64,000 bases of DNA from a virus. The notes beneath the pieces were generated by a model that saw only the letters and a program-made list of their open reading frames with translations, had not been told where the DNA came from and made no database searches. The DNA lies in IMG/VR virus record IMGVR_UViG_3300028027_000057, positions 1-64,000 of that record. The stretch is one strand, 5' to 3'. Below, piece by piece: positions 54,847 through 64,000 of the stretch (position 1 is the stretch's first letter; every line of letters begins with the position of its first letter). A program made the translations under genes and the position numbers.

Positions 54847-56088
54847 TTAAGCGTTATTAACTACACCAGTCAAGAGAACGTTTTTACCCGGAGCCATACA
54901 GAATAGGGCTTGATCGGTATAAAGACGTAACTCATAAGCAGCTGAGTTTTCAAGATCGCGGAAGAACTCGTCTCCGTAACCCGGACGTTTAAAGCTGATA
55001 TCAGAAGAACCAACTCTCATGAACTCTTCCATAGAAAGAGCATAAGCGTAGCCTTCTTTGATATAGATAGAAGGGATAATCTCAAGTTCGCCATTCTGAG
55101 AATGGAATTTTAGAGACTTAGCACCGTTCTGAAGCTGAGTTGCAGAGTAAGACTGATCGAACATACGAAGAGCAGCTTGATCTTGAAGAAGATCAGACCA
55201 TCCACGAGGGTTAACGAAAACAGTAAGCTTAGAATCCAAGCCTTTTTCTACAGCGCGTGAAGCAGCTTTAGAAAGCTTAGCGAAAGATAAAGCACCAGCA
55301 ACTGAATAACTGTTAGCTTTCCATAGGTTATATGTACCAGCATTGATGTTAAATAGAGTAGCTGTATTTTCTAGAATCTTGTGGATACCAGCAAATTCAT
55401 TACCGAAAGCACCTTTGTGATAGATAATATCGCCAGTAGTAACACCAGCAACTTGAGCTGAAGCTGTTACAGTAACTGTACGAGCGTCCATATCAACAGA
55501 AGCAATTGTAAACTCACCACGACTTACTGTACCAGCAGAGTCACGAACTTCAATTGGCATACCTTCGCCACCAGCCCAAATTCCAGGAGCCCATTCAGCT
55601 GTAGCAATAGTAATTACTTGACCAACAGCAGCTGAAGCAACAGCGCCGTAGCCTTTTTGGCCGTAAAGAAGGTGGATTTCAAGTTTTTTAGACATTGAAC
55701 GAAGCATGTTAGCAACAATATACTTTGTAGCATCCATGAAAGCGTTTTTTCCGCCAACAGAACGAGAAGCAGCAGTATAACCAAGAAGCGAACGCATAAC
55801 CATAGGGTTACCACGAACTTGAGCATCTTTAATTACACCAGCAACAGGTGGGTTCAAGTTGAAAGCATCATCATCAGAAGAAGCGAAAGTAACACCGTGC
55901 TCCATACCAAGAATTACTGGTTGGTGAAACAGGTTTCCGCCTTGTTTCTCTTTACCAATGAACTTAATCATGTTAACGAGTTTAAGACCTTCTGGGATAA
56001 GCTCTTGAAGTTTATCTGCATAGACTTCTTTGAAGAAACCATTGAGGTTACCAACGGTATCAGTTGAAAATTTATTTGCACTAGACAT
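54847..56088 (-). CDS. Major capsid protein
   Basis: 413 aa, FKEVY N-terminus, downstream of the scaffold, followed by a strong terminator. Confidence 0.75.
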   Translation of the reverse strand: MSSANKFSTDTVGNLNGFFKEVYADKLQELIPEGLKLVNMIKFIGKEKQGGNLFHQPVILGMEHGVTFASSDDDAFNLNPPVAGVIKDAQVRGNPMVMRSLLGYTAASRSVGGKNAFMDATKYIVANMLRSMSKKLEIHLLYGQKGYGAVASAAVGQVITIATAEWAPGIWAGGEGMPIEVRDSAGTVSRGEFTIASVDMDARTVTVTASAQVAGVTTGDIIYHKGAFGNEFAGIHKILENTATLFNINAGTYNLWKANSYSVAGALSFAKLSKAASRAVEKGLDSKLTVFVNPRGWSDLLQDQAALRMFDQSYSATQLQNGAKSLKFHSQNGELEIIPSIYIKEGYAYALSMEEFMRVGSSDISFKRPGYGDEFFRDLENSAAYELRLYTDQALFCMAPGKNVLLTGVVNNA

Positions 56089-56111
56089 TTGTTATTCCTT
56101 TTTTTATTTAA

Positions 56112-56450
56112 TTATTCTTGTACTTTGTACTTAGCGATAACACACAGATCAGTCTGTGATGTACCATCGATTTGTACAGAGATTTTGTTTGCAACTGCAA
56201 GCGAAGGAGCGCCTTCCAAAGGAACGATAGCTCCTGTAGAACGAACCAATACCTGAACAGAATGACACTTTGCAATTGGCTCACCAATGTCAAGTGTAAT
56301 TACTGTATCGGCGATTGTACCGTTAGCAATTGAAACGATTGATGGGGCGTCAGATGTAGCTGCTACTGCATTACACTCAACGACAATTTCTTGAACAGAA
56401 AGCTGCTTACCTAATACAGGAGAGCTTTTTGCTTGATACGAAATAGACAT
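56112..56450 (-). CDS. Head decoration-like protein
   Basis: Small beta-rich gene immediately before the MCP. Confidence 0.45.
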   Translation of the reverse strand: MSISYQAKSSPVLGKQLSVQEIVVECNAVAATSDAPSIVSIANGTIADTVITLDIGEPIAKCHSVQVLVRSTGAIVPLEGAPSLAVANKISVQIDGTSQTDLCVIAKYKVQE

Positions 56451-56597
56451 ATTAATTCCTTTTTTGTTGTTTTTTTATTGACAATCTACTATCTTGTCGC
56501 TTACCCTGTTTCGGTACTGCTTAATTCTCAGTTGGTTTACTTTGAATTTGAGCCGATCTACATCATTCCAGCTAAATACACATGATTTATCAACATC

Positions 56598-56605
56598 AGT
56601 TGTTA
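56598..56605 (-). promoter_or_regulatory. TAACAACT candidate late-promoter motif
   Basis: Start of a ~150-nt leader before the decoration/MCP genes. Confidence 0.55.
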
Positions 56606-56614
56606 AAATACACC

Positions 56615-56971
56615 CTACTCTTTAGTATTTTTATACTTTTCCAACAAATTTCGACCTTTTGCGGCTAATCTAGCTGCATCTTCTGCATTTTGAGGCACAG
56701 GTTCACCCCATGCTGCAGCAGAAAGAGCTAATCTAGTGGGTTCTCCCTTGTCGTCTTTCATTGGACCAGATGGATTAGTAAAGAATCGGGTCAAGAATGA
56801 TCCTTTCCTTCTCATTTTCTCTGGAGTATCAGCAGCTCCGGTAACTCCGGGCTTTAGATTAGAGCCAGTGGCTTTATTATACTTGGACCGACCGGAAGCA
56901 GTTAAGCCTCCGGCAGGGTCTTTGTCTTTTTTATTCATCACAACTGATTTTAATTTTTTAAACTTGCTCAC
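56615..56971 (-). CDS. Conserved basic phage protein (DUF6321-like)
   Basis: KDP.GGL...GR..YN..TG.NLK, SF..RF, GPMKD.KG.PTR..L. Confidence 0.55.
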   Translation of the reverse strand: MSKFKKLKSVVMNKKDKDPAGGLTASGRSKYNKATGSNLKPGVTGAADTPEKMRRKGSFLTRFFTNPSGPMKDDKGEPTRLALSAAAWGEPVPQNAEDAARLAAKGRNLLEKYKNTKE

Positions 56972-57898
56972 TTATACTCCGAAAAAGTCACGCATTGTTT
57001 GTTTTTTGTCAACCTTAGGCTCTTCTTTCTTCTGTTGTGCAGTATCTCTTAGACCAGCTTTAACTGGGATTGGAGGTTTAGCCCCGCCAGCAATTCTTTT
57101 CTTTCTCAACTTGTCAAGAGTTCCCTTACCTACGATCTGTTCGATCACTTCAGCAGGCATTACTTGGAACATATCCTGAATGTCCTTATGAATATCGTCA
57201 CGAACAATACCAATTACGTCAGAAGGTTGAACGTCAATACCGTTTTCCACTGCTAACATCATGTATTCAGTCATTTTCTTAACAACATACGGAGACTTAG
57301 GTAGGTCAGACGATTCGATTGCCTGAGAAAGCAATTGGTCATAACGTTCAAACTCACGTTCTTCCAATCTAGTAAGCTCTCTAGCTTCATTTTCAGACTT
57401 CTCGCGCTCTCTTTCAGCTTTTAACTCTTCGAGTTCACGTTGCATCTCTTCTTTTTCGATCTGTTCTGGAGACTTTTGTGACTGTTCGATCTCTTCTTGT
57501 AGGATTTCAGCGGCAAAACGTTTAATGTCCATGCCAATAGCTGGATTTTGCAATGCTTTTCTTGGATTTGTACGCAATTCTTGAATAAAAGCACCCACTT
57601 CACGCTCTAACTGGCTATATTCGTTAGCCTTATGATCAGCAAGCATGGCTTTTTGACGTTGTTTAGTCATCCACTCGCGTTGTTTATCATCGACTTCAAA
57701 ATCTAGGTCTTCTTCAATTTCTTTTCCATTGAATTTAAGCTGTAGTTTTTTGTACTTCTTGATTTCAGCCGGGGTGAGGGACTCTTCTTCCCCTTCTTCT
57801 CCGCCTTCTAAATTAGCTGATTCGGCTGGAATATTAGAAATCCCACCGCCTTCTCCGCCTTCACTTGATTCATTCATTAACCTATAACGTGTAAACAT
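56972..57898 (-). CDS. Capsid scaffolding protein
   Basis: Acidic coiled coil, K.NG.E.E motif, position before the MCP; ATG 57898 has an AAGGA SD. Confidence 0.7.
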   Translation of the reverse strand: MFTRYRLMNESSEGGEGGGISNIPAESANLEGGEEGEEESLTPAEIKKYKKLQLKFNGKEIEEDLDFEVDDKQREWMTKQRQKAMLADHKANEYSQLEREVGAFIQELRTNPRKALQNPAIGMDIKRFAAEILQEEIEQSQKSPEQIEKEEMQRELEELKAEREREKSENEARELTRLEEREFERYDQLLSQAIESSDLPKSPYVVKKMTEYMMLAVENGIDVQPSDVIGIVRDDIHKDIQDMFQVMPAEVIEQIVGKGTLDKLRKKRIAGGAKPPIPVKAGLRDTAQQKKEEPKVDKKQTMRDFFGV

Positions 57899-57963
57899 AT
57901 ATTTCCTTTGTCCCGCTTGTGTAGGGATTAAGTTAACCATCCATTATTGGGTAGGTTTCTATA

Positions 57964-57971
57964 AGTTGTTA
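57964..57971 (-). promoter_or_regulatory. TAACAACT candidate late-promoter motif
   Basis: Intergenic, 65 nt upstream of the scaffold ATG. Confidence 0.55.
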
Positions 57972-57978
57972 TTTTTTA

Positions 57979-58164
57979 TTAATCGACTGGAGACTCAGGG
58001 ACATCATCAGACCAGCCCCAATGACCGGCTGGTTTCTTCTTTTTCTTTTTAAAATGCTCAACTTGACGTAGGCGTTTTTCAGCTGCTTCTTTTGTCGTAG
58101 CTGTGCCCAAGTTCTTACCTTTTTTAGATAAGACCTTGTATAGTTTCCCAAATTTGCGGACCAT
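57979..58164 (-). CDS. Small basic phage protein
   Basis: Y.V.SKKGKNLGT..TK..A.KRL..VE.FK; GGAGG SD. Confidence 0.55.
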   Translation of the reverse strand: MVRKFGKLYKVLSKKGKNLGTATTKEAAEKRLRQVEHFKKKKKKPAGHWGWSDDVPESPVD

Positions 58165-58303
58165 ACTTAATTCCTCCTGCTATAACCCAGCTACTAGCTA
58201 GTATAATAGTTATAATTTTCATTCTTTTGTATTTTGTACGCATGGTTAAGAATTTACCCGCGTGATCTTCTTTTTTTTTAGGATTTCTAAGTCTAATTTT
58301 CAC
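58124..58303 (-). CDS. Small basic single-TM protein (59 aa)
   Basis: Manual translation from GTG: basic N-terminus then IITIILASSWVIAGGI; AAGGT SD. Confidence 0.4.
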   Translation of the reverse strand: MKIRLRNPKKKEDHAGKFLTMRTKYKRMKIITIILASSWVIAGGIKYGPQIWETIQGLI

Positions 58304-58330
58304 TTAATACCTTATGAACATATAAATCGC

Positions 58331-58879
58331 CTATTCGTCCAATTTCGTAATATCAAGGAATTCAACATCCTGTCTCAATCTCACAACACTATCGTATATA
58401 CCCAAGTGATTTACGTATATCTTTTTAGCAAATTTTGAACTCTGTCTTGTACAAGTGGTCTTTATTGCTAGAGTAAGGTCCCCGTCTATTGAGATGCTTG
58501 GAGGGAAGTCTGAAGCAGTAACAGCACACTTAAAAGAGCCGTCTGGTAGAATTGTGCCTGCTTTTGACACTACGAATGTCTCAGCCCAGTTAGAGTCAGT
58601 GGCAACCGTGTATATGTCAAAGGTGTGATTAGCTGATTGCATAACCTCAGTGTCTTTTTCTACATATGATTTTATATGAATCCCATCAAAATTGTCTTGT
58701 GCAAACTTTGCCCACACTTGTAGCTGGTAATCTTTGGATATACTGGCAATATGTGACTGAGTAAATAGCACTGAATTATAATCACAGTTTAAAGTAATTA
58801 CAAGTTTTCTACCCATTCTTAGCTTAAGAGGCTGAGTGTACTTGTTGTTAAGAGTGGACTTAATTCTTCTTGTTGCCAT
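58331..58879 (-). CDS. Structural-module hypothetical protein
   Basis: ORF track; TAATG-coupled. Confidence 0.55.
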   Translation of the reverse strand: MATRRIKSTLNNKYTQPLKLRMGRKLVITLNCDYNSVLFTQSHIASISKDYQLQVWAKFAQDNFDGIHIKSYVEKDTEVMQSANHTFDIYTVATDSNWAETFVVSKAGTILPDGSFKCAVTASDFPPSISIDGDLTLAIKTTCTRQSSKFAKKIYVNHLGIYDSVVRLRQDVEFLDITKLDE

Positions 58880-59496
58880 TATAATATCTTCTTTAAATAA
58901 AATATCGAGCCAATACGAATACTAACCGCTGCCGTTGTCTCAGACCTAATTTGAACAGCAATTGTGCCTTCAGTTGTTAAAGTCACAACTCCATTACCAT
59001 TTACAATAAAGTTTGTATTCGCAGTCTGAGCTGCTGCGGAACTAAAATTTGTAGTAGAGTTTAGCTGGTCATACTGGTAGTTTTTGGCAGTTCCCTCGGT
59101 GGCTTGTGTAACCATCCATTTTCCAAACGTATCACTAAGCGTTGCAGTCTCTGCCCCAACTCGCAAACCTATACCAGCAGCTGCTGACGTAGATTGGCAT
59201 ATCGCAAAGCAGTTAAACATGTAAGTTCCAGTGGTCAACGTCCCTGAAGTAAGTTCTGTCACGCTTGAGTATGTTACTGTATTTTTAGTTTGATTAGCCG
59301 TTCCAATTCTATAAGAGTATTCAACTCCAATAGAACCCCAGTCAGTAGTTAACGGTCCTGTTTTTAAAAATAATGAGTCTCCATTAGTGTTTATAGACAG
59401 CGATCCAATAGAAGCATCCACTCCAGAAACAGCAGGAGATGCGTCTACCTCAATGATCTCTATCTCATTAATCGTAATGGAACCCAAATTAGCCAT
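58879..59496 (-). CDS. Short fibre-like protein, N-terminus paralogous to 59496..61316
   Basis: EVD..P...GV.A.IGSL...L.LK.G...T.W shared. Confidence 0.55.
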   Translation of the reverse strand: MANLGSITINEIEIIEVDASPAVSGVDASIGSLSINTNGDSLFLKTGPLTTDWGSIGVEYSYRIGTANQTKNTVTYSSVTELTSGTLTTGTYMFNCFAICQSTSAAAGIGLRVGAETATLSDTFGKWMVTQATEGTAKNYQYDQLNSTTNFSSAAAQTANTNFIVNGNGVVTLTTEGTIAVQIRSETTAAVSIRIGSIFYLKKIL

Positions 59497-61316
59497 TATC
59501 TCATCCTATTAACTACAATTTTCCAAGTTATGTCACAAGAAGCAACGCCTGTTACTCTAATGTCAACAGATGATCCATTGACAATAGCAGCTATGTTGGC
59601 AGGACTTAGTGCGGCGTCTTCTGACGTATAGTCTGATTGTACTGTTGGAAGCGATACAGTTCCAGCATTATTTTTAATTCTTAAAGTTCTTTCGTAAGCA
59701 ACTGATTCATTGCTTCCATTTGTTCTAATTCCAGTCACGACAACTTTAACTAGTTCAACTGAGTTTGAAGCAGTGGCTACAGAAGCCAGTACAGCATTTA
59801 CTGCGCCAGAAGTTGTAGAGCTATTTGCACTAATATTGTATTTTACATTGTTTTCTTGTAAATGCAATAAGCTGTCTGGAGCATTGCTACCGATACCGAG
59901 TCTTGTATTTGCTTCGTCAAAAGCAGAACTAGCACCTAGCTTGATTTTGCCTTTTGTTGCATTGCTTGTAGAACTAAGAGACAAGTCATTAGCAGAAGCA
60001 CTTCCACCCACTAAACTTTGTCCACCAGAACGTCCTGCTAACAGAGCGTACTGAGCATGGTCATCGTCTGACAAACCAGAGATAGAGCCGTGATCCAAGC
60101 CAGCCTGAAGAACGTCAGCAGTTAGCAAGTTAGACACGCCATCGTAACTAAGATTTACGGTAGCTGTATCAGAAATAGCAGCCCCCATAGCGTCTTGAGC
60201 TGCCTCATTAAAGTTTGAAACCTGTGAAGCAGTGATATTGATAGAAGTGTTTGAAGCAGAGGTTATTTGGCCCTGAGCGTTAACAGCAAAAGAAGAAACC
60301 TGAGAAGCAGAGCCGTATGTAGACGCTGTAACACCACTGGCAGAGATAGCAATCGAAGGATTTCCTGAGACTCCATCTCCATTACTAACAGTGATTCCAG
60401 TTCCTGAAGCAATTGATCTTGCTGCAAAAGTGTCAGCAGCAGTCTGAACTACAATACCATTGCTGTTGAAAGCGGCAAGTGCAGTTAACGTTGCATCCAC
60501 TGGTTGTTTCTCAGAATCTAGTTCGTTAATAGCAGCCTGTACTGTTACAGACGACAAGCTACCAGCTGGTGTGTTAGAAACTTGAGCAGCAGAGTAATCT
60601 CCACTCTGAGCAGAAATAACACCAGAGCGACCAAAGACAGAAGTAACAGCTGAAGGAGAGATTTCAATGTAAGTAGAGCCTGACCATCTGTATGTTTTAT
60701 TATTGTCTATTGCAACGTAAATTACGCCATTTTCTCCAGTAACTGGAAATGAAGCCAAATCACTAAATTCTAAAACATCGTCCACAAAACTAGGCAACTG
60801 AGCAGCAGGAACTTTCCCTGTTGCGTCCAAAGTAGCTAATCCAGATGGCTGAGCTTTTTGTGCTGAAATTCTAGCGTCAGCAGCGGCGCTGAAGTCAGTA
60901 ACTTGAGAAGCAGCGATTGCAATACTAACGTTAGAAGCAGCAGTCAATCTACCTTTCGCGTCAACCGTAATACTTGGCACTGATCCTGCCAATCCGTAAG
61001 CTCCAGCAGTGACTGTAGTATCAATCAAGTCAGAGCTTATCTTATTTAAAGCATCGTCATAACTCATGCTAATATTTGATGAGTTCGCTACGATTCCACC
61101 AACTACATCTTGAATGTCTTCGGCAGTTACTGTAGAAATAATTGACCAAGCTGTGTCAGCTGAGCCACTTTTTACATACAAAAGCCCAGATGAACCAGAA
61201 TCAAATAGTGCCAGTGAACCAATAGGAGCAGCTACTCCTAGAATCGCCGATGGATCAGAATCCACCTCTAAAATTTGCTTGTTATTGACCGTTAATAGTC
61301 CCGTTATGTTAGCCAT
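59496..61316 (-). CDS. Fibre-like protein (606 aa)
   Basis: TVDAKGRLTAAS, GLATLD..GKVP..QLP, VTSVFGRSG, DDHAQY and RLGIG..P motifs. Confidence 0.65.
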   Translation of the reverse strand: MANITGLLTVNNKQILEVDSDPSAILGVAAPIGSLALFDSGSSGLLYVKSGSADTAWSIISTVTAEDIQDVVGGIVANSSNISMSYDDALNKISSDLIDTTVTAGAYGLAGSVPSITVDAKGRLTAASNVSIAIAASQVTDFSAAADARISAQKAQPSGLATLDATGKVPAAQLPSFVDDVLEFSDLASFPVTGENGVIYVAIDNNKTYRWSGSTYIEISPSAVTSVFGRSGVISAQSGDYSAAQVSNTPAGSLSSVTVQAAINELDSEKQPVDATLTALAAFNSNGIVVQTAADTFAARSIASGTGITVSNGDGVSGNPSIAISASGVTASTYGSASQVSSFAVNAQGQITSASNTSINITASQVSNFNEAAQDAMGAAISDTATVNLSYDGVSNLLTADVLQAGLDHGSISGLSDDDHAQYALLAGRSGGQSLVGGSASANDLSLSSTSNATKGKIKLGASSAFDEANTRLGIGSNAPDSLLHLQENNVKYNISANSSTTSGAVNAVLASVATASNSVELVKVVVTGIRTNGSNESVAYERTLRIKNNAGTVSLPTVQSDYTSEDAALSPANIAAIVNGSSVDIRVTGVASCDITWKIVVNRMR

Positions 61317-61317
61317 T

Positions 61318-61767
61318 TCATTCCCCCGAATGTTGTTCTATTTGTATAGACCCTTTCCACTTTGTTAAATTATTACTTAAACCCTTGACTTGCATTTTAA
61401 TCTGAGAACCTTCTGCCAAAAATCTAACAGAGAATCCCCTCTCTTGTACATCAGTAAAATCAGATTGTTGAATTGTAAGACCTGATACCAAGCTATTTTC
61501 TTTATAAAACATGGCTGTCTTTTTAAATCCAGCATATTTTCCAGTGTCCAATTCTTTTGCTATAACAGAGAACGTAAGCATAACTGCGCTATCCTCTACT
61601 GGACTATACGTATGGACTGTATTCCAATCATTGGAAGAGAATTGATTAGAGATTAGAACAAATCTTTGCAAAAACTCATTCAATCCATCTACAATTTCAT
61701 CAGCAAATTCTAAGCTCTGTAGCTTTTGTCTAAACCGCTGTCTTGCTCCATCAGATATATTAGACAT
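61318..61767 (-). CDS. Structural protein
   Basis: Beta domain resembling the C-terminus of the adjacent fibre. Confidence 0.45.
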   Translation of the reverse strand: MSNISDGARQRFRQKLQSLEFADEIVDGLNEFLQRFVLISNQFSSNDWNTVHTYSPVEDSAVMLTFSVIAKELDTGKYAGFKKTAMFYKENSLVSGLTIQQSDFTDVQERGFSVRFLAEGSQIKMQVKGLSNNLTKWKGSIQIEQHSGE

Positions 61768-62858
61768 TATTCTCCTAGAGTTATACCAACAGTTCCAACC
61801 CTAGCCTCACCAGATGCCATAATAGTAATTTTTACTACGTAGTGTGTTAAGTCTAATATAGATGAGGCGTTTACAGGAGAAATCTGATAGTACCCATTTA
61901 CGTCCGGTAAGATTCCAGACTCAGTAATACCAATAGAATTTCCATTCTTGTCATAAATAGTGTAACTTGCTGCACCTAAAACCCCATCGCTAATCATTTC
62001 TGAATCTTTGGTACACCATAGAGTTCCCTGAAGCTCATTTGAAGAGCTAATAGAGAATATGGCACGAGACTCGTACTGATGTCCTGCCGCAGAGTGCATA
62101 ATTGGCAAGTTATAAGTTAAGTTAACACCGTCAACAAGTATAGTTACTTTTGCAGCATAAAAATTATTGTCTAAGTCTAAAATAGAAGCAACAGGTAAGA
62201 TTTCAAAGAACCCTTCAGCGTCTGGAGCTATCCCAGATTCTGCCATCCCCGGAACTAAGCTGCCATTTCTGTCATAGATAACATAAGAAGCTAGTCCTAA
62301 TCTTAGTGGATTAGTAATTACGCCCTCACTGTCCGTTACCCAAAAAGTAGCAATTAATTGATTCAAGTCGTCTATATTAAATAGTCCACTGATTGAAGCG
62401 TTTAATGCACCAGTAACTCCCGGGCTTATTTGACTAAGGGTTACAATATTATTTTCTCTGTTTCCAACAGCATCTACTGCCCTAACTCCAACGTAATAAG
62501 TGTCAGCGGTCTGCAACAATGTACCATCTCCTAGAGAAAATACACTAGCTTGTAATTGGGTAGTAACCATGGATATGTTTACAGCATTGAATATACCAGA
62601 GGGTGTACCTGCCTTGACATATACTTCATATCTGATACTTCCAGACAAATCTGTAGCAGCTGCCCACTGAGCTTGTAATTGTCCCAAAGACCCAAGAGTT
62701 AGAAACCCAATTCCAGAAAACACTGGAGGAGTAGTATCTAGAATACAAGCCTGAGAGGTCGATTGAACCGTCCCCCCAGTGACCAAGTGATTTCCAAAAA
62801 CGGTTCCGAGGGAAGTACCTTGTGAGATAGTTCCACCAGAAAAAAGTAAATTAGACAT
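61767..62858 (-). CDS. FN3/Ig-like domain virion protein
   Basis: DTTPP.F.G, W.AATD, Y.VY and YY..VRAVDA.GN; duplicated C-terminal domain (LG.ASY.IYD..G). Confidence 0.65.
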   Translation of the reverse strand: MSNLLFSGGTISQGTSLGTVFGNHLVTGGTVQSTSQACILDTTPPVFSGIGFLTLGSLGQLQAQWAAATDLSGSIRYEVYVKAGTPSGIFNAVNISMVTTQLQASVFSLGDGTLLQTADTYYVGVRAVDAVGNRENNIVTLSQISPGVTGALNASISGLFNIDDLNQLIATFWVTDSEGVITNPLRLGLASYVIYDRNGSLVPGMAESGIAPDAEGFFEILPVASILDLDNNFYAAKVTILVDGVNLTYNLPIMHSAAGHQYESRAIFSISSSNELQGTLWCTKDSEMISDGVLGAASYTIYDKNGNSIGITESGILPDVNGYYQISPVNASSILDLTHYVVKITIMASGEARVGTVGITLGE

Positions 62859-64000
62859 TAACTATCCTTTATACTTGGACGCACATCCACTCCCGGAGGA
62901 CTTGTGAAGTTATAACGCACTAACGTACCGACAACATTTGGAATTGTACCAAGACTTAACCAAGTTACCCCACCATCTGTGGAATATTGAAAATTGCTTG
63001 GATTTGATGTAATACTTTGACTGATAAGTAAAGTACCACTTAAGTCATATGCTCTAAATCTTAAACTAGTAGGAACTGAAGTAGCATACGCAGACTTCAA
63101 TCTAAATCCAACTCTAGTAGGAACTAGTGTAGATGAGTCATCATAGCTATATTCCCAATTGTCAGACAACTCTTCATTTGCTTCATATACTACAGACAAA
63201 CCAGCAACTTGAACTGGAGACGATTTCCCAGTAGTCTGGACGTTAAATGTTATTTTAAACTGAATTTGCCCTGTAACAGAAAGCCCTGACAAGTCTTGAT
63301 AATGATCAACGTACGTCCATCCTCCTGAGATCGATCCAAATCCTGAAGTTCTGTAGAAAACATCAAGAGTACCAGATGTTTGTACTAATTCTTCAAGAAC
63401 AGTAAGGTTTTTAATCTGACCGTTAGGAATAGAAATTACTTTAGATACGATATAAGAATAATCGGTCAAGCAATCAGATCGCAAATCAAGAGCAATAAGA
63501 CCACGTTGACCTACTGTGGCAGCTGGTCCCATTACAATTTGCCATCCAGCTTGATTTGTAAAATTAGTAGGAGCTGCTGCAAACTCTAGCTGAGCATTAG
63601 CAGTAGGTACTATACCTTCGTAGTAAGAAACTCCCATCTGACCATAAATGGCATTAATTACGTTATTTTGCACTTTCTTGTTTACAACTTTAAGAGTATT
63701 GTAAATAAACAAAGCTTGGTCTAAAGAGTCTGACCAACTAGCATGAGTAGCAGTTGGAGCAATAATTTGGTTTGGAGTTCCTAATAAATTGGAAGTTGTT
63801 AAACTAGCCCAAGTAATTCCACCCTTAACCAACTCAGACATTAATCCTAAATACAAGTTTGTAGTAGTTGCAAGGAAAATACAAGAGTTTCCATTCAAAA
63901 GACTCCCATTAATAGGAGCATTGGTTGGAATTGCTTTGTTTTCGCAGTCAGTAACTAGCACAATACCAGCAAGAGCTGGCAAAATACCAGTTTTAAAAAG
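62858..64000 (-). CDS. Structural protein, probably starting beyond the window
   Basis: Beta-rich, FQYSTDGG.TW motif; frame open to the window edge. Confidence 0.55.
   Translation of the reverse strand, partial: LFKTGILPALAGIVLVTDCENKAIPTNAPINGSLLNGNSCIFLATTTNLYLGLMSELVKGGITWASLTTSNLLGTPNQIIAPTATHASWSDSLDQALFIYNTLKVVNKKVQNNVINAIYGQMGVSYYEGIVPTANAQLEFAAAPTNFTNQAGWQIVMGPAATVGQRGLIALDLRSDCLTDYSYIVSKVISIPNGQIKNLTVLEELVQTSGTLDVFYRTSGFGSISGGWTYVDHYQDLSGLSVTGQIQFKITFNVQTTGKSSPVQVAGLSVVYEANEELSDNWEYSYDDSSTLVPTRVGFRLKSAYATSVPTSLRFRAYDLSGTLLISQSITSNPSNFQYSTDGGVTWLSLGTIPNVVGTLVRYNFTSPPGVDVRPSIKDS

Noticed and set aside
56478-56507. Plus-strand sigma70 promoter antisense to the scaffold
   Set aside because: TTGACA has only a poor -10 (TACCCT) and forms one arm of a leader hairpin.
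8492-57940. ORF-track starts at 8492, 9157, 25778, 27380 and 57940
   Set aside because: Downstream ATGs (8585, 9211, 25838, 27392, 57898) fit SDs, gene overlaps or domain boundaries better.
29589-61368. Plus-strand ORFs in the structural arm (e.g. 45312..45770, 51163..51513, 56736..57179)
   Set aside because: Antisense shadows of long structural genes.
1-64000. Stop-codon reassignment
   Set aside because: Polymerase, RNR, capsid and fibre genes are full length in the standard code, and TAA, TAG and TGA all end genes.

Overview
This 64 kb AT-rich window is part of the genome of a large dsDNA tailed phage; no integrase is seen in the window. The + strand (1-28.8 kb) carries early and replication genes: many small accessory ORFs, an ATP-grasp ligase, a Mom-like DNA-modifying acetyltransferase, class II RNR, two metallophosphoesterases, a c-type cytochrome, a Cas4/RecB-like nuclease with ERF, an AEP primase-SF4 helicase, a family B DNA polymerase, an AAA ATPase, a dNMP kinase and a dUTPase. 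These are driven by sigma70-type TTGACA-N17/18-TAnnnT promoters. The - strand (28.8-64 kb) is the virion module: holin, ejection-like internal proteins, a giant nozzle-like tail protein, adaptor, fibres, major capsid and scaffold. The architecture is podovirus-like by inference, and several genes are preceded by a recurring TAACAACT motif. The most striking unexplained structure is at 245-3457: seven paralogous, highly divergent microproteins, five of them below the ORF-track cutoff. All carry an F-K-L-E-F-I-like motif at or near the C-terminus. Five copies are encoded by a ~24-bp DNA repeat (TTYAAACTGGAGTTCATnCTATGA); in the four intact copies it also supplies the SD and overlapping stop/start of the next gene. 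An ATP-grasp peptide ligase is embedded in the array. Other highlights are a phage cytochrome c, a metzincin-thioredoxin fusion, three TGAC-stem-GARAGA hairpin RNAs (one with an anti-SD loop), and a Dps-like gene in the tail module. All family assignments come from motif recognition by eye; no database search was run.
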